Part shown: positions 13,073-25,955 of the stretch, piece after piece
Layout: each line of letters begins with the position of its first letter
Numbering within the stretch: position 1 is the stretch's first letter
Origin: Tubiluchus corallicola
Lineage: Eukaryota; Animalia; Priapulida
Direction of reading: 5' to 3'
Length of the DNA stretch: 48,112 nucleotides
Assembly (NCBI GenBank): GCA_030141605.1
Contig: JAQGDQ010001309.1
Span: 1 to 48,112, forward strand
Notes under the pieces: generated by a model
What the model saw: the letters and a program-made list of their open reading frames with translations, nothing else
What the model was told of the DNA's origin: nothing
The model's database searches: none
Translations under genes and position numbers: made by a program

Positions 13073-14521
13073 CTAGCAAAAATGTAAGCAAAGTTACCGA
13101 TCGAATACGATTAAGCATTTTTTGCAGCCAAACAAGATGTGATGTATGGTAACATAGCTTTTAAGATATAACAGCATTATTTTGTAGCAACCCATACAGG
13201 TACAGTATCCATTCGCAGAGCTAATGCTTTCATTTAATAAACAGGCTTACAGTGAGTTGAAAAATAATTAGTGACGTGTTAATAACAAGCACGATTACAA
13301 ATGCATGTAGGAAATATGGTAACTAAAAAAACTGTTAAAAAGTTACTAAAGCCTTTTAAAGCACAAGAAACCACTCTTTATAAACAAGGCTTAATAAATT
13401 TGCTTTGAAATTTTGTACCACTTACATACTGTCTTATTGTGTAGATAACACTGCATAATGTTTGGAAAAATAATCAGAGCATTTGCAGCACACTTCACTA
13501 ACAAAGCAAATGTCAAACTTCTTTTAACTTATTAATAAGATCAATAACGTGTTTTTGGTGAGCCCGTGGTGCACACTGGGATAGCATGCAAGTGCCTTTT
13601 AACCAGGTGGTATAAATATTTTAAATTACTAAGATTTTTCTTTTCCAATTACTAAAGTCTTTCGAACAGGTAACAAGAATACTATGTATAATAACTATCT
13701 ATGGAAATTTTTTTGGGGATACTGGGGTAATTTCCCTTTCTTCCCGTTTGTATTATAACAATAATTCATCAAAGTGACACAGTAAACAGGCGGTGTGCCA
13801 GGTAAAAATCTCAACTCTAATTAACAGACCTTCTGAAAACTCTCAAAAATATTAATCAACCGGCCACAACGCCCTCTACTAAAGAATTCAGCAACGATGA
13901 ATTGCTCAGCAGTGAAGCCAAGTATGAGTAAATGCAAAACACAAAAGAGATCAGTGAAGCCATATCCAGCTAAATGTTAATTAAACACAAATGAAAAACT
14001 AATAAAAGCTTGATCAGCTTGGCGATTACTGAGCTTCTATTCAAGCACGGGACACACGCACGCACGCACGCACGCACGGACGCACACACCTGGCTCTTTT
14101 AATCAGTGCTATAATCAACAAAGTCCTAGATAATTAGGTCTTATACTTCGGGATCTTTCAAGGAAACTCGGATCTAAAACCTGCAATTCGTTCTCAGCCT
14201 CCCCCTAACGAAAGCCAGTAATGCACAACTACACCTCGATAGAAAATAGAGAGATACAATGAGTAAAGTCAGAGTAAAGTGTGCATTATAAAGGTATGTG
14301 TTGACCTAACAGATCTGTAACACTTACAGCGCTGTTCACACTAGGAGTTTTCTATCAAGAGTTTTCTCTCTGACAGCAAACTTGCAAGTGTGAACTGCTT
14401 TGTGAGTTAGAGGTCGGCTAGAAATTGCAAACTTTCCGACAGTTGCTTTACTGTCCAGTGTGAAAGTGCTCTGGCAAGATACTTTCAACACTTCTTATGC
14501 TCGTCTACGAAGTACGATGTG

Positions 14522-15720
14522 CAGTAAAATGAACCCAACATACAGAGTGACTTGTTCTTTCCCCTAGAACACCACAAACAGTTTATGTGATAACAGTAAA
14601 ATGAACCCAACATACTGAGTGACTTGTTCTTTCCTCTAGCACACCACAAACAGTTTAAGTGACAACAGTAAAATAAACCCAACATACTGAGTGACTTGTT
14701 CTTTCCTCTAGCACAGCACAAACTGTTTAAGTGATAACAGTAAAATGAACCCAACATACTGAGTGACTTGTTCTTTCCTCTAGCACACCACAAACAGTTT
14801 AAGTGATAACAGTAAAATAAACCCAACATACTAAGTGACTTGTTCTTTCCTCTAGCACACCACAAACAGTTTAAGTGATAACAGTAAAATGAACCCAACA
14901 TACTGAGTGACTTGTTCTTTCCTATAGCACACCACAAACAGTTTAAGTGATAACAGTAAAATGAGCCCAACATACTAAGTGACTTGTTCTTTCCTCTAGC
15001 ACACCACAAAACAGTTTAAGTGATAACAGTAAAATGAACCCAACATACAGAGTGACTTGTTCTTTCCTCTAGAACACCACAAACAGTTTATGTGATAACA
15101 GTAAAATGAACCCAACATACTGAGTGACTTGATCTTTCCTCTAGAACACCACAAAACAGTTTAAGTGATAACAGTAAAATAAACCCAACATACTGAGTGA
15201 CTTGTTCTTTCCTCTAGAACACCACAAACAGTTTATGTGATAACAGTAAAATGAACCCAACATACTGAGTGACTTGTTCTTTCCTCTAGCACACCACAAA
15301 CAGTTTAAGTGATAACAGTAAAATAAACCCAACATACTGAGTGACTTGTTCTTTCCTCTAGCACACCACAAACAGTTTAAGTGATAACAGTAAAATGAAC
15401 CCAACATACTGAGTGACTTGTTCTTTCCTCTAGCGCACCACAAAACAGTTTAAGTGATAACAGTAAAATAAACCCAACATACTAAGTGACTTGTTCTTTC
15501 CTCTAGCACACCACAAACAGTTTAAGTGATAACAGTAAAATAAACCCAACACACTAAGTGACTTGTTCTTTCCTCTAGCACACCACAAACAGTTTAAGTG
15601 ATAACAGTAAAATGAACCCAACATACTGAGTGACTTGTTCTTTCCTCTAGCACACCACAAACAGTTTAAGTGATAACAGTAAAATAAACCCAACATACTA
15701 AGTGACTTATTCTTTCCTTT
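14522..15720. repeat. 72-bp minisatellite, ~16.5 copies (GUSB intron after coding exon 3)
   Basis: Unit cagtaaaatgaacccaacatactgagtgacttgttctttcctctagcacaccacaaacagtttaagtgataa; 24-aa period in the ORF track. Confidence 0.96.
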
Positions 15721-15832
15721 GAGGAACCCAAAAGAAGAACTGTTAACAGTAACTCCAACACTTCAAGAAACACTAATTTCAACCTCACTCAAGGTATCCT
15801 CACGCTGTCTGTAAGAGTAAATAAACTCTTAC

Positions 15833-16015
15833 CACTGTCGTGTAATAATGAGCGCTTCCGAAACGCAGAACAACTCGACGTTTACTGACCAACCAGCTGC
15901 TCGGAACGAAGAACTCTTTATCGTACCACACCCAGCCGATGTAATCCCGGATGGCTTTGTCTTCGGTTATGTCATTGTAGCTAGCTGGCACTGGCATGGG
16001 TATCACTGAACCTGT
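15833..16015 (-). CDS. GUSB: Beta-glucuronidase coding exon 3
   Basis: TGSVIPMPVPASYNDITEDKAIRDYIGWVWYDKEFFVP...RVVLRFGSAHYYTTV; AAG acceptor, gtaaga donor; 183 nt, phase 0 to 0. Confidence 0.93.
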
Positions 16016-16179
16016 CTTTAATGAAAGCAGTTGCATTAGTATTCTGTTACACACTAGATAAAAGCAGGTACATAGAATTTTGCAATTTTGCATGTTTCAT
16101 GTTGCACAGTTAAAAAGAAATACTTTTCAAAAGCAAAGCTTAGAAAATTCGTTTCCTAAATCGTGAAATTTTGTTACGT

Positions 16180-16255
<76 letters not shown>

Positions 16256-17059
16256 GCTCTCTCTCCCTCTCTCTCTCCCTCTCTTCTTTCTCTCTCTATC
16301 GCTCTCTTTCTTTCTTTCTCTCTCTCTCTCTCTCTCTCTGCTCCTCTCTCTCTCTCTCTAACTCCCACTGCTGCATCCTTTTCTCCTTTCTTTGTAGTTT
16401 GAGCATTTCTGCTGCATTTGCATGGCTCTCAGTTTCTCCCAATCACCACAATGTCAAGACCAGGTTGGAAAACTGGTGCCGTGCATGCTGGGATAGTGAG
16501 CCAGTTGGCACGAACATTTTCACTATTAAGCATCTTCTTTTTCAGTTGCATACGTCTTTCAAACAGGTAAGCGTAATACTACGTAATAACTTTATACATA
16601 CTTACATACATACAGTTATTTTTTGGGACATACTTCAAAACTGACTTTTCTTCTCCTTGAAACTGGAATTTTGTGAGACCACACAAAGTGCTAGGTTAGA
16701 CAGCATTCAGATCAACATGGGACAAACAAAATTCGTGGAAAACTAAGAGAGGATACATTAAAGAGGAATATTCCCACTTATTGCTGCTTGTGTTAAATAC
16801 TCCATACCTACATAATCATGACACGGCACTTGATATGCTCTTGTATAAGTTTCCCAACCTGGTCTTGACATTGTGGTGATTAGGAGAAAACTGAGAGGCG
16901 TGTAAATGCAGCAGAAATGCTCAAACTACATAACAAAGAACGGAGAAAAGAATGCAGCAGTGGGAGTTAGAGAGAATGAGAGAGAGGGGAAGAAGAAGCA
17001 CAGGAAAAAGAGAGAGGGGGAGAGAGACAGAGAGAGAAAGGGAGAGAGAGAGAAAGGGA

Positions 17060-17090
<31 letters not shown>

Positions 17091-17106
17091 GAAGAGAGAG
17101 AGGGGA

Positions 17107-17153
<47 letters not shown>

Positions 17154-17285
17154 AGGGAGAGAGAGGGAGGGAGAGAAAGGGAGGGAGAGAGACAACGAGA
17201 GAGAGAGGGAGAGGGAGCGATTGAGTGGGAGGGAGGGAGAGAGAGAGGGGGGGGGAGCAATTGAGAGGGAGGGAGACAGAGAGAC
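16180..17285. repeat. Intronic inverted repeat: (CT)n + ~110 bp unique ... reverse complement + (GA)n
   Basis: 16360-16468 actcccactgctgca...gtcaagaccaggttgg versus 16853-16970 cccaacctggtcttgac...tgcagcagtgggagt, flanked by complementary microsatellites. Confidence 0.88.
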
Positions 17286-17323
17286 AGATGTATGTGGAAT
17301 GGCTTAAAATGTTTAAAACTTAC

Positions 17324-17457
17324 AAAACTTAGCGGCTGTTTATACCACTGCTCTCTGAAGCCAGCTTCCTGGTCGTCACCGGATGTGCGAAAACTCCACA
17401 TTCCGTTCAACTCTTTTGTTTCTCTCGACTCGGAGTCACGGGGGTACAACATTCCGC
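17324..17457 (-). CDS. GUSB: Beta-glucuronidase coding exon 2
   Basis: (G)[23 protein letters not shown]...[13 protein letters not shown] resembles the mature GUSB N-terminus; acceptor ttcacgtag, donor gtaagt; phase 1 to 0. Confidence 0.93.
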
Positions 17458-17697
17458 CTACGTGAACAAAAACGGTAAGAGATTACAAGATTGTGAAGAA
17501 TTCTACTTCGAAAATACTTCAGGAATTTAAAGATCAAAATTTGCAGAATAAACTCTTTTACAATGCTATCTACATAACTAAGAGTATCTCTAGTAACAAA
17601 GAGGTTGCAAATCAAAAATAACGAACAACTAAACGAGTCTTATTTAATTAAGAAATCATCCAGTGCCACAAAAAGATACAATGTACACAATGAATAT

Positions 17698-17698
17698 T

Positions 17699-17737
<39 letters not shown>

Positions 17738-17757
17738 GCTGCTGCTGCTGCTGCTGC

Positions 17758-17823
<66 letters not shown>

Positions 17824-17827
17824 GTTA

Positions 17828-17858
<31 letters not shown>

Positions 17859-18068
17859 TGCCGCCGCCGCTGCCGCCGCCGCCGTCGTCGTCGTTGTCAT
17901 CGATGTCGTTGTCGTCGTCATCGATGTCGTTGTTGTTGTTGTTGCTGTTGTTGTCGTTGTAGTTGTTTTTCTTGCTTTGCTGTTGTCCTTGTTGTTGCTG
18001 TTGTTGTTGTTGTTTGTTGTTGTTTTTATTGTTGTTTTTGTCGTCATCGTCGTTGTTGTTATTGTTAT
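17698..18068. repeat. Compound trinucleotide repeat (TTG/CTG/CCG/TCG)
   Basis: Directly visible; source of the poly-Q/C/V/L ORFs. Confidence 0.97.
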
Positions 18069-19816
18069 CGCTAGATTTAGGTTTTTCCTATTATTTAGAT
18101 ATAGATTTTTATTATATACTATGTATACAGAACAATATGTAACATACAAAGTTTATAAATCATCAGCACACAAGGACACATCAAGTCAACACTACAAGAT
18201 AACTTGTACAGTGTTAACTTAATAAATAAATAGGTAATGATAGATAGAGAAATAGACAGATAGGTTTTGTGATGGCAGATATTAGATTTAACCCTTTCAC
18301 TACGGAAGGCGGCACACTGCTGCCCATGTTTTTCATGTAAGGGACGGAAGGCGGTAGACTGCCACCCAAGCGTAGCACTAAGCGCAGTCACCCAGGTCTG
18401 TTTATTTCACTGCTACGGCCATGACAAGTTTCGTAGCTATGAGATTGGGGTTGCTTTGCAACAAGTAGTGCTAACCAGCCAATCAGAATCTGAAGCCAGG
18501 TGCATTCCACGATACTGTACTGTATAGTATATTCTCATGCAAAATTGCTTGTTGATGGTTGGTGAAACGTGTTTAGTCGCTTGTTCTGCATTCTTATGAA
18601 ATAGTTGCGTATTATGGATTAGTATTGTGACTTTCGTGAAAATTGGCTACAAATGCGCTTATTTGGGTGGGCGCGCACATGCGTGCGTGCATGCTTGAGT
18701 GCATACATGTGTGCGCAGATGTATGTGTATGTGTATATATAAAACTAATATTCAATATTAGTGTTTAATAACAAATGGCTGTTTCTTTGTTGTCTTCTGC
18801 ATTGACAATCAATTACTGTAAAATTTGATTACTTGTCTAGGCTAGCAATATCTGCTTATCTAAACTAAGATGCGCAAACGTATTGATCACACGCCATTGT
18901 TGTGCTTAATCGGAAGCCTTCTTAGAAGAAAGGGCTGGCCTTCTCGGGTGTTAGGCTTCTTTCAATGTCTGTGAAAAATGTTAGAAGGAATATGTGGAAG
19001 TTAGTGTTGTACATTGTAGTTAGGTGCTGCCATCTATGTGCTAATCTTGTTACATTCTACCAGCTGACTTACCTTCAGTATAATTGTATGGTCCAGTGAC
19101 TACATACACACTGGTCCTCTCCCTATCTAAAATTAATGGTTGTTGTGAAGCCTGCGCAACTCTGCATAGGTCAAGTTCTGTATACTGGCTGTGAAACAGG
19201 TTTTACTGACTGTTTTTGCTTTCTAGTTTTTGCTCAATGTTCAGTGCTGCAGTTTTGCTACTCATGTTTTCTGTAGTTTAATAAACACTTTTCTGTTGTG
19301 TGCAGTGCAAATATTTATTATAGATTTTTAGTTCCTATCCATACTTCTCTCTGTCTAAACTCAATCATAACAAAGTGACTGAAGAACAACTTCAAAAATG
19401 ACTTTCACGGAATAAAAGTGCAAGAAGCACCTCGTGTAATTAGTAAAGTCACTTTAAAGTCACGATCTTTTTACAATTGGACGCTCCCATTTTAAAAGCT
19501 CATTTGTCCACCAGTGACTGAAGAAAAACAGTGCACTGTCAATTTCCGTCAAAAACATAATGAATTTTTACAAAACATTGGGCAAATTTTGTGACATTTT
19601 TGCATGAACGGTAGGTAAGATACAGAAGTTTAGCATTAGTTTATGGAAAGCCAAGATGCTTTACGAAAAGTCAGGAAGTCCACCAGTTACATCATCATTT
19701 TCAAGTGGATGGCGGCTAAAAACCACACCTGACAACTTCTATGCAATGCTAGTATAAATTACCTTTGAGTTCTACAGACAGTTTTATGCAAATTTCGTTA
19801 TTATATTTTTTCTGGG

Positions 19817-20890
19817 ATTAAGTGATAACAGTAAAATGAACCCAACATACTGAGTGACTTGTTCTTTCCTCTAGCACACCACAAACAGTTTAAGTGAAAA
19901 CAGTAAAATGAACCCAACATACTGAGTGACTTGTTCTTTCCTCTAGCACACCACAAACAGTTTAAGTGACAACAGTAAAATGAACCCAACATACTGAGTG
20001 ACTTGTTCTTTTCTCTAGCACACTACAAACAGTTTAAGTGACAACAGTAAAATGAACCCAACATACTGAGTGACTTGTTCTTTCCTCTAGCACACCACAA
20101 ACAGTTTAAATGATAACAGTAAAATGAACCTAACATACTGAATGACTTGTTCTTTCCTCTAGCACACCACAAACAGTTTAAATGATAACAGTAAAATAAA
20201 CCCACCATAGTGAGTGACTTGTTCTTTCCTCTAGCACACCACAAACAGTTTAAATGATAACAGTAAAATGAACCCAACATACTGAGTGACTTGTTCCTTC
20301 CTCTAGCACACCACAAACAGTTTAAATGATAACAGTAAAATAAACCCACCATACCGAGTGACTTGTTCTTTCCTCTAGCACACCACAAACAGTTTAAATG
20401 ATAACAGTAAAATGAACCCAACATACTGAGTGACTTGTTCTTTCCTCTAGATCACCACAAACAGTTTAAATGATAACAGTAAAATAAACCCAACATACTG
20501 AGTGACTTGTTCTTTCCTTTAACACACCACAAACAGTTTAAGTGGTAACAGTAAAATGAACCCAACATAGTGAGTGACTTGTTCTTTCCTCTAGCACACC
20601 ACAAACAGTTTAAGTGATAACAGTAAAATGAACCCAACATACTGAGTGACTTGTTCTTTCCTCTAGCAGACCACAAACAGTTTAAATGATAACAGTAAAA
20701 TGAACCCAACATACTGAGTGACTTGTTCTTTCCTCTAGCACACCACAAACAGTTTAAATGATAACAGTAAAATGAACCTAACATACTGAGTGACTTGTTC
20801 TTTCCTCTAGCACACCACAAACAGTTTAAATGATAACAGTAAAATAAGCTCAACATGCTAAGTGACTTGTCCCTTTCACACATCAACCCA
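19817..20890. repeat. Second array of the same 72-bp minisatellite, ~15 copies (GUSB intron after coding exon 1)
   Basis: Same unit and orientation as 14522-15720. Confidence 0.96.
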
Positions 20891-20893
20891 AAA

Positions 20894-22370
20894 TAACATT
20901 ACCTTTTGATGTAAAAATTAGTAGCAACTTTAGACTAACATTACCTTTAATGTAAAAATTAGTAGAAACTTTAGACTAACATTACCTTTAATGTAAAAAT
21001 TAGTAGAAACTTTAGACTAACATTACCTTTGATGTAAAAATTAGTAGAAACTTTAGACTAACATTACCTTTGATGTAAAAATTAGTAGAAACTTTAGACT
21101 AACATTACCTTTGATGTAAAAATTAGTAGAAACTTTAGACTAACATTACCTTTGATGTAAAAATTAGTAGAAACTTTAGACTAACATTACCTTTGATGTA
21201 AAAATTAGTAGAAACTTTAGACTAACATTACCTTTGATGTAAAAATTAGTAGAAACTTTAGACTAACATTACCTTTAATGTAAAAATTAGTAGAAACTTT
21301 AGACTAACATTACCTTTGATGTAAAAATTAGTAGAAACTTTAGACTAACATTACCTTTAATGTAAAAATTAGTAGAAACTTTAGACTAACATTACCTTTG
21401 ATGTAAAAATTAGTAGAAACTTTAGACTAACATTACCTTTGATGTAAAAATTAGTAGCAACTTTAGACTAACATTACCTTTAATGTAAAAATTAGTAGAA
21501 ACTTTAGGCTAACATTACCTTTGATGTAAAAATCAGTAGAAACTTTAGACTAACATTACCTTTGATGTAAAAATTAGTAGCAACTTTAGACTAACATTAC
21601 CTTTAATGTAAAAATTAGTAGAAACTTTAGACTAACATTACCTTTGATGTAAATATTAGTAGAAACTTTAGGCTAACATTACCTTTGATGTAAATATTAG
21701 TAGAAACTTTAGACTAACATTACCTTTGATGTAAATATTAGTAGAAACTTTAGGCTAAAATTACCTTTGATGTAAAAATTAGTAGAAACTTTAGACTAAC
21801 ATTACCTTTGATGTAAATATTAGTAGAAACTTTAGGCTAACATTACCTTTGATGTAAATATTATTAGAAACTTTAGACTAACATTACCTTTAATGTAAAA
21901 ATTAGTAGAAACTTTAGGCTAACATTACCTTTGATGTAAAAATCAGTAGGAACTTTAGACTAACATTACCTTTGATGTAAAAATTAGTAGCAACTTTAGA
22001 CTAACATTACCTTTAATGTAAAAATTAGTAGAAACTTTAGACTAACATTACCTTTGATGTAAATATTAGTAGAAACTTTAGGCTAACATTACCTTTGATG
22101 TAAATATTAGTAGAAACTTTAGACTAACATTACCTTTGATGTAAATATTAGTAGAAACTTTAGGCTAAAATTACCTTTGATGTAAAAATTAGTAGAAACT
22201 TTAGGCTAAAATTACCTTTGATGTAAATATTAGTAGAAACTTTAGGCTAACATTACCTTTGATGTAAATATTAGTAGAAACTTTAGACTAACATTACCTT
22301 TGATGTAAATATTAGTAGAAACTTTAGGCTAAAATTACCTTTGATGTAAAAATTAGTAGAAACTTTAGGC
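20894..22370. repeat. 41-bp minisatellite, 36 copies, overlapping the GUSB exon end and splice donor
   Basis: Unit taacattacctttgatgtaaaaattagtagaaactttagac; the minus strand reads ...tacatcaaag|gtaatgttag. Confidence 0.96.
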
Positions 22371-22549
22371 TTGCTTTCACTTTCCTCACTCCAGAAGTGT
22401 CTGTCGGCTTTCCACATGCGAACAACGTCTCCGTCTTCTAGATTAGAAGCCAGTGTGAACACAACGAACCCGAAACCGGCAAAGACGACCAGCATAAGGA
22501 GTGAACTCGTACGAAAACTCATTTTCCTCCTTCGTCTCTTTTTCTGCAT
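22339..22549 (-). CDS. GUSB: Probable beta-glucuronidase coding exon 1 (basic tail, hydrophobic segment, stem)
   Basis: MQKKRRRRKMSFRTSSLLMLVVFAGFGFVVFTLASNLEDG...STNFYIK. 211 nt ending AAG|gtaatt (phase 1), matching the phase-1 start of exon 2. An acceptor ending at 22585 implies an upstream UTR exon. Confidence 0.75.
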
Positions 22550-22969
22550 GTAACAAATTTTTTCAGCGTCGTCGTTTCAAACACCTAGACATACAAAAAG
22601 TAATTTACTTAAGTACCACTGTGACTGCAGAAATGGGAAAACCGTAAATCTGCTTTTTATTTAACAAGGAAATGCAGCTTTCACTCGTCATGGAAAAAAC
22701 TTTACAATTTGAATTTCAAATAAGTTAATGTTACAGGTATTATGAGTCACCAAACGAGTTAAAGACAGGCAATATCTGGTCTTGTTGGCCACTTTTTACA
22801 AAGTATCTTGAAGGGAAAAATAAATAATATTGAAATTTATATTTTGCTAACATTTAATTATCGATAATCTTTCAATATAAAATTCCATGTGAATTTTGAT
22901 TAGAACTACAAATAATTTTGATTCGATTCGAATTCGAAATCTGAAAATCTGAATCGTTTCGAAATCGAG

Positions 22970-23530
22970 AATGTTAGATTTGATTCGACTGGAATTCAAA
23001 TTTTAACAAATGGACAGTGTTAGTGAGAAAGGAAGATTGCCAGAGACCTTAACATGGCTATAATGGTCAGCAGACGGCATGGCCGGATTATGACCTTTTG
23101 GGGCCCGCAGGATAACGAAATTATGGCGCCACCTTCTGACTCGCCTGCAATGGTCTTGAATATTTTATACTCGTGATGTATTTTAGCGATATTTACGTAC
23201 CTTGAAATAAACACACTGCAATTCCAAATTAGCAGACAATTCAACACAATCGTAATAAAAAAACAGATTTTTTTATCAGACGTTGCCAAAGCTTGAGTGG
23301 CCTAGGTTGTGCCCTATACTAGCCTATGTGATAATCCGGTCCCTAAAGAAGGTGCTATTTTGTACAGGTAAGATTATGAGTGCTCAATACTTATAGCACA
23401 AAAAAACACTCTATGCTATGAATTCGAAAATGTTAGATTTGATTCGACTGGAATTCAAATTTTAACAAATGGACAGTGTTAATGAGAAAGGAAGATTGCC
23501 AAAAACTATAACATGGCTGTAATGGTCAAA
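22970..23530. repeat. ~100-bp direct repeat (22970-23069 / 23430-23528) enclosing a small hAT-like MITE (~23078-23344)
   Basis: atgttagatttgattcgactggaattc...taatggtca occurs twice; inner termini catggccggatta / taatccggtccct. Confidence 0.7.
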
Positions 23531-24994
23531 ACTAATTATTAGGTAACGATTAGACAACCAGCAATTAACGTTGTTTTGCATTAATTCCTAGCAACTGTGT
23601 GTGTGCGTGCGTGTGGGGTGTGTGCGTGCGGGTGCATGCGTGTGTGTGATCATACAGACTTACATTATCTTAAAGAAATGTAGTTTAATAAGTGATACCT
23701 CAAATAAACACTTAAACAGTACACTTAATCGTTTATATACTGAATAATTATGAATAATTAAAGCAAAATAGTTCAAAAAATAAATTACTCGAGGAGGAAA
23801 ATAATTAATATAGTAAGTAATGAGAAACATTTAAACAATATTAAATTTAACAATTATTAAGCATGTATGTTTAATGATTTATTAAATAATCGCAGAAGCT
23901 TCTAGATTTGCACAATTTCTAAGACAGAAACAGAAATAAGTCATAGTTACTTACTTACAGATTAAAACATTTATACAAAAAAATGTGTCCACTGAATAAA
24001 AGAATGAAATCCGTTAAACTAATCTTAACTGTTTATTCATAACTATCACAACAACTTTCATCTATTACAAACGAACAAAAGTGAATAGAATAAACAGCAG
24101 AAGCAAAGAACAAAACTGTATCAAGTTTTAAAGAATTAAAAAACATACACTGCTCATGATTTTTGGCGGCTGATTCTATTTCAGCCAAAGATTTAATTAT
24201 CAGCTGTATACTTACACAAAACAAACAAACAATCTATTGCTAAATTCGTTTTAGGGTAATCTTAATGTCTCACATGTTGCAGGTGAGCATAGTGGTCTAG
24301 TCTCACAAACTTCTCATACAGCTAGAGAGATTGCTAGGAAACCCACCAAGCAAGCACTAAAGACAGTTCCGTACTGTTCTCTTTAATCAAATATAAAAAC
24401 TAGTTCAGTATCGGAGTGACGGTCGGGATTTCATTTCAGGCGAATTATTTCCCAAAAAAGTGAAAATAACCACATTGTATTAAAAAAATACTTATATATC
24501 AAACTGGCCGAAGTCTTTCAAGTTTCAACATCAAAGACGTAATTAACACAGTAGAAAGTTTCCGCTACAATCACAGAACACTTGTGGGAGCGGAAGTGAC
24601 ATCGTCCTACGGTCACGAAGATCATAGATTAGAAACATTTGTACTCTAGAGTACATTTGTCAAACACAAGCTGACTGTAGATTATTTACAGTCAGCGTCG
24701 ACAGTTTCGGTACAATTTCTGCATAATCATAGCACCGCGTGTGCACTCAAGTTTGTAAATGTCAGTTTTGTCTCATCTGGTGACGTCTAAAGAATTTGAA
24801 TTTAAATCATTTAAATTCTTGAAAAATTTATCCACGGGACAGTAGTAAAATGTACAGAGCATGATTCTGACTGTGACCGTAATGACGTCATTTCAGAATT
24901 AGAATTTTTCCGTTTGACACTAGCGGAAACTTTCCAGTGAAACATATTATACAGTAATATGATATTAGAGCCCGAGGTTTTCGTTAACTGCAAA

Positions 24995-25294
24995 CCTAGC
25001 CACTGGGGGGGGGGGGGGGGTTTAGGCAAGCCAGCCCAACTCAGTGCCGGTCCCAAGCCCGGATAAATAGGGAGGGTTAGGGTCGGGAAGGGCATCCGTT
25101 TGTAAAAACTGCGCCAAAACCTTCTATGAATGAGTCCGATGATATGGACACCTGAAAAGAAGAGTCGGTGAAGATCTTGTGCGAATTGAAGACATAAATG
25201 AAGAGACAGTCAACAACAGGAATGTGTGGAGAAGGCTCATTCACAACGGCGACCCTGAATAGGGAAAAGCTGGGAAGAAGAAGAAGAAGAAGAA
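24995..25294 (+). mobile_element. Non-autonomous RTE-derived retroposon (5' and 3' ends only)
   Basis: RTE-type 5' motif agtgccggtcccaagcccggataaa, (GAA)n tail, perfect 18-bp TSD gttttcgttaactgcaaa (24977-24994 / 25295-25312). Confidence 0.85.
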
Positions 25295-25701
25295 GTTTTC
25301 GTTAACTGCAAATTACAGGGGTACCCAAGACCTCAAGCAACACATCAAATTTAGTCTTTAGATCAGCCATTTGTCATTTGTAGTCTTGCTGGGTTGTTCA
25401 GATGGTGGCTTAGCATAATAATATGTGGCGTAATCAACATTGCATCCAGCACAAGTGTGAAGCATTTCCAAAGTACTTTTCCCACCAACTGGCTTTACAA
25501 CTAAAGCTAGTCTAAGACCGTCTAAGTCTGTCCTGGTTGAACACAACTTTCTGTGCCTCACCCAAAATCTCCATGTAACCTGCTTTCTCTCAGCGGCCAT
25601 ATTCTCCTGAAGAAAGTGTAACCAGCATCGAATCTCACATCAGCGATGGTCTTAAGGGTCCATCAGCACATTTCCTTACGGAGTCTTTAACAACTTGATG
25701 A

Positions 25702-25920
25702 TTAATCCTCGTTATAGTAAGGACACCATTCGATGTCGTCGTCGTCATCGTCGTCATCAGAGCCCCATCTTTCCAACAAATCTACGAAGCGCTCAGGCAC
25801 GGCGACGTCACGGTCTTCCTCAGATTCAGATGTACTGCTTTCGTGGCTGGATTCACATACGAACTCCTCTATGGAAGATGAGAAATTATTATCACCGACC
25901 ACATCATCATCATCGTCGAG

Positions 25921-25955
<35 letters not shown>

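Noticed and set aside
14485-20886. Cys-rich 24-aa repeat ORFs (CARGKNKSLSMLGSFYCYHLNCLW)
   Set aside because: Translations of the 72-bp intronic minisatellite, broken by single-base indels and lacking exon structure.
24540-24615. GUSB core promoter (ETS-like gcggaagtg)
   Set aside because: A single short motif; no transcription start or first exon can be located from sequence alone.
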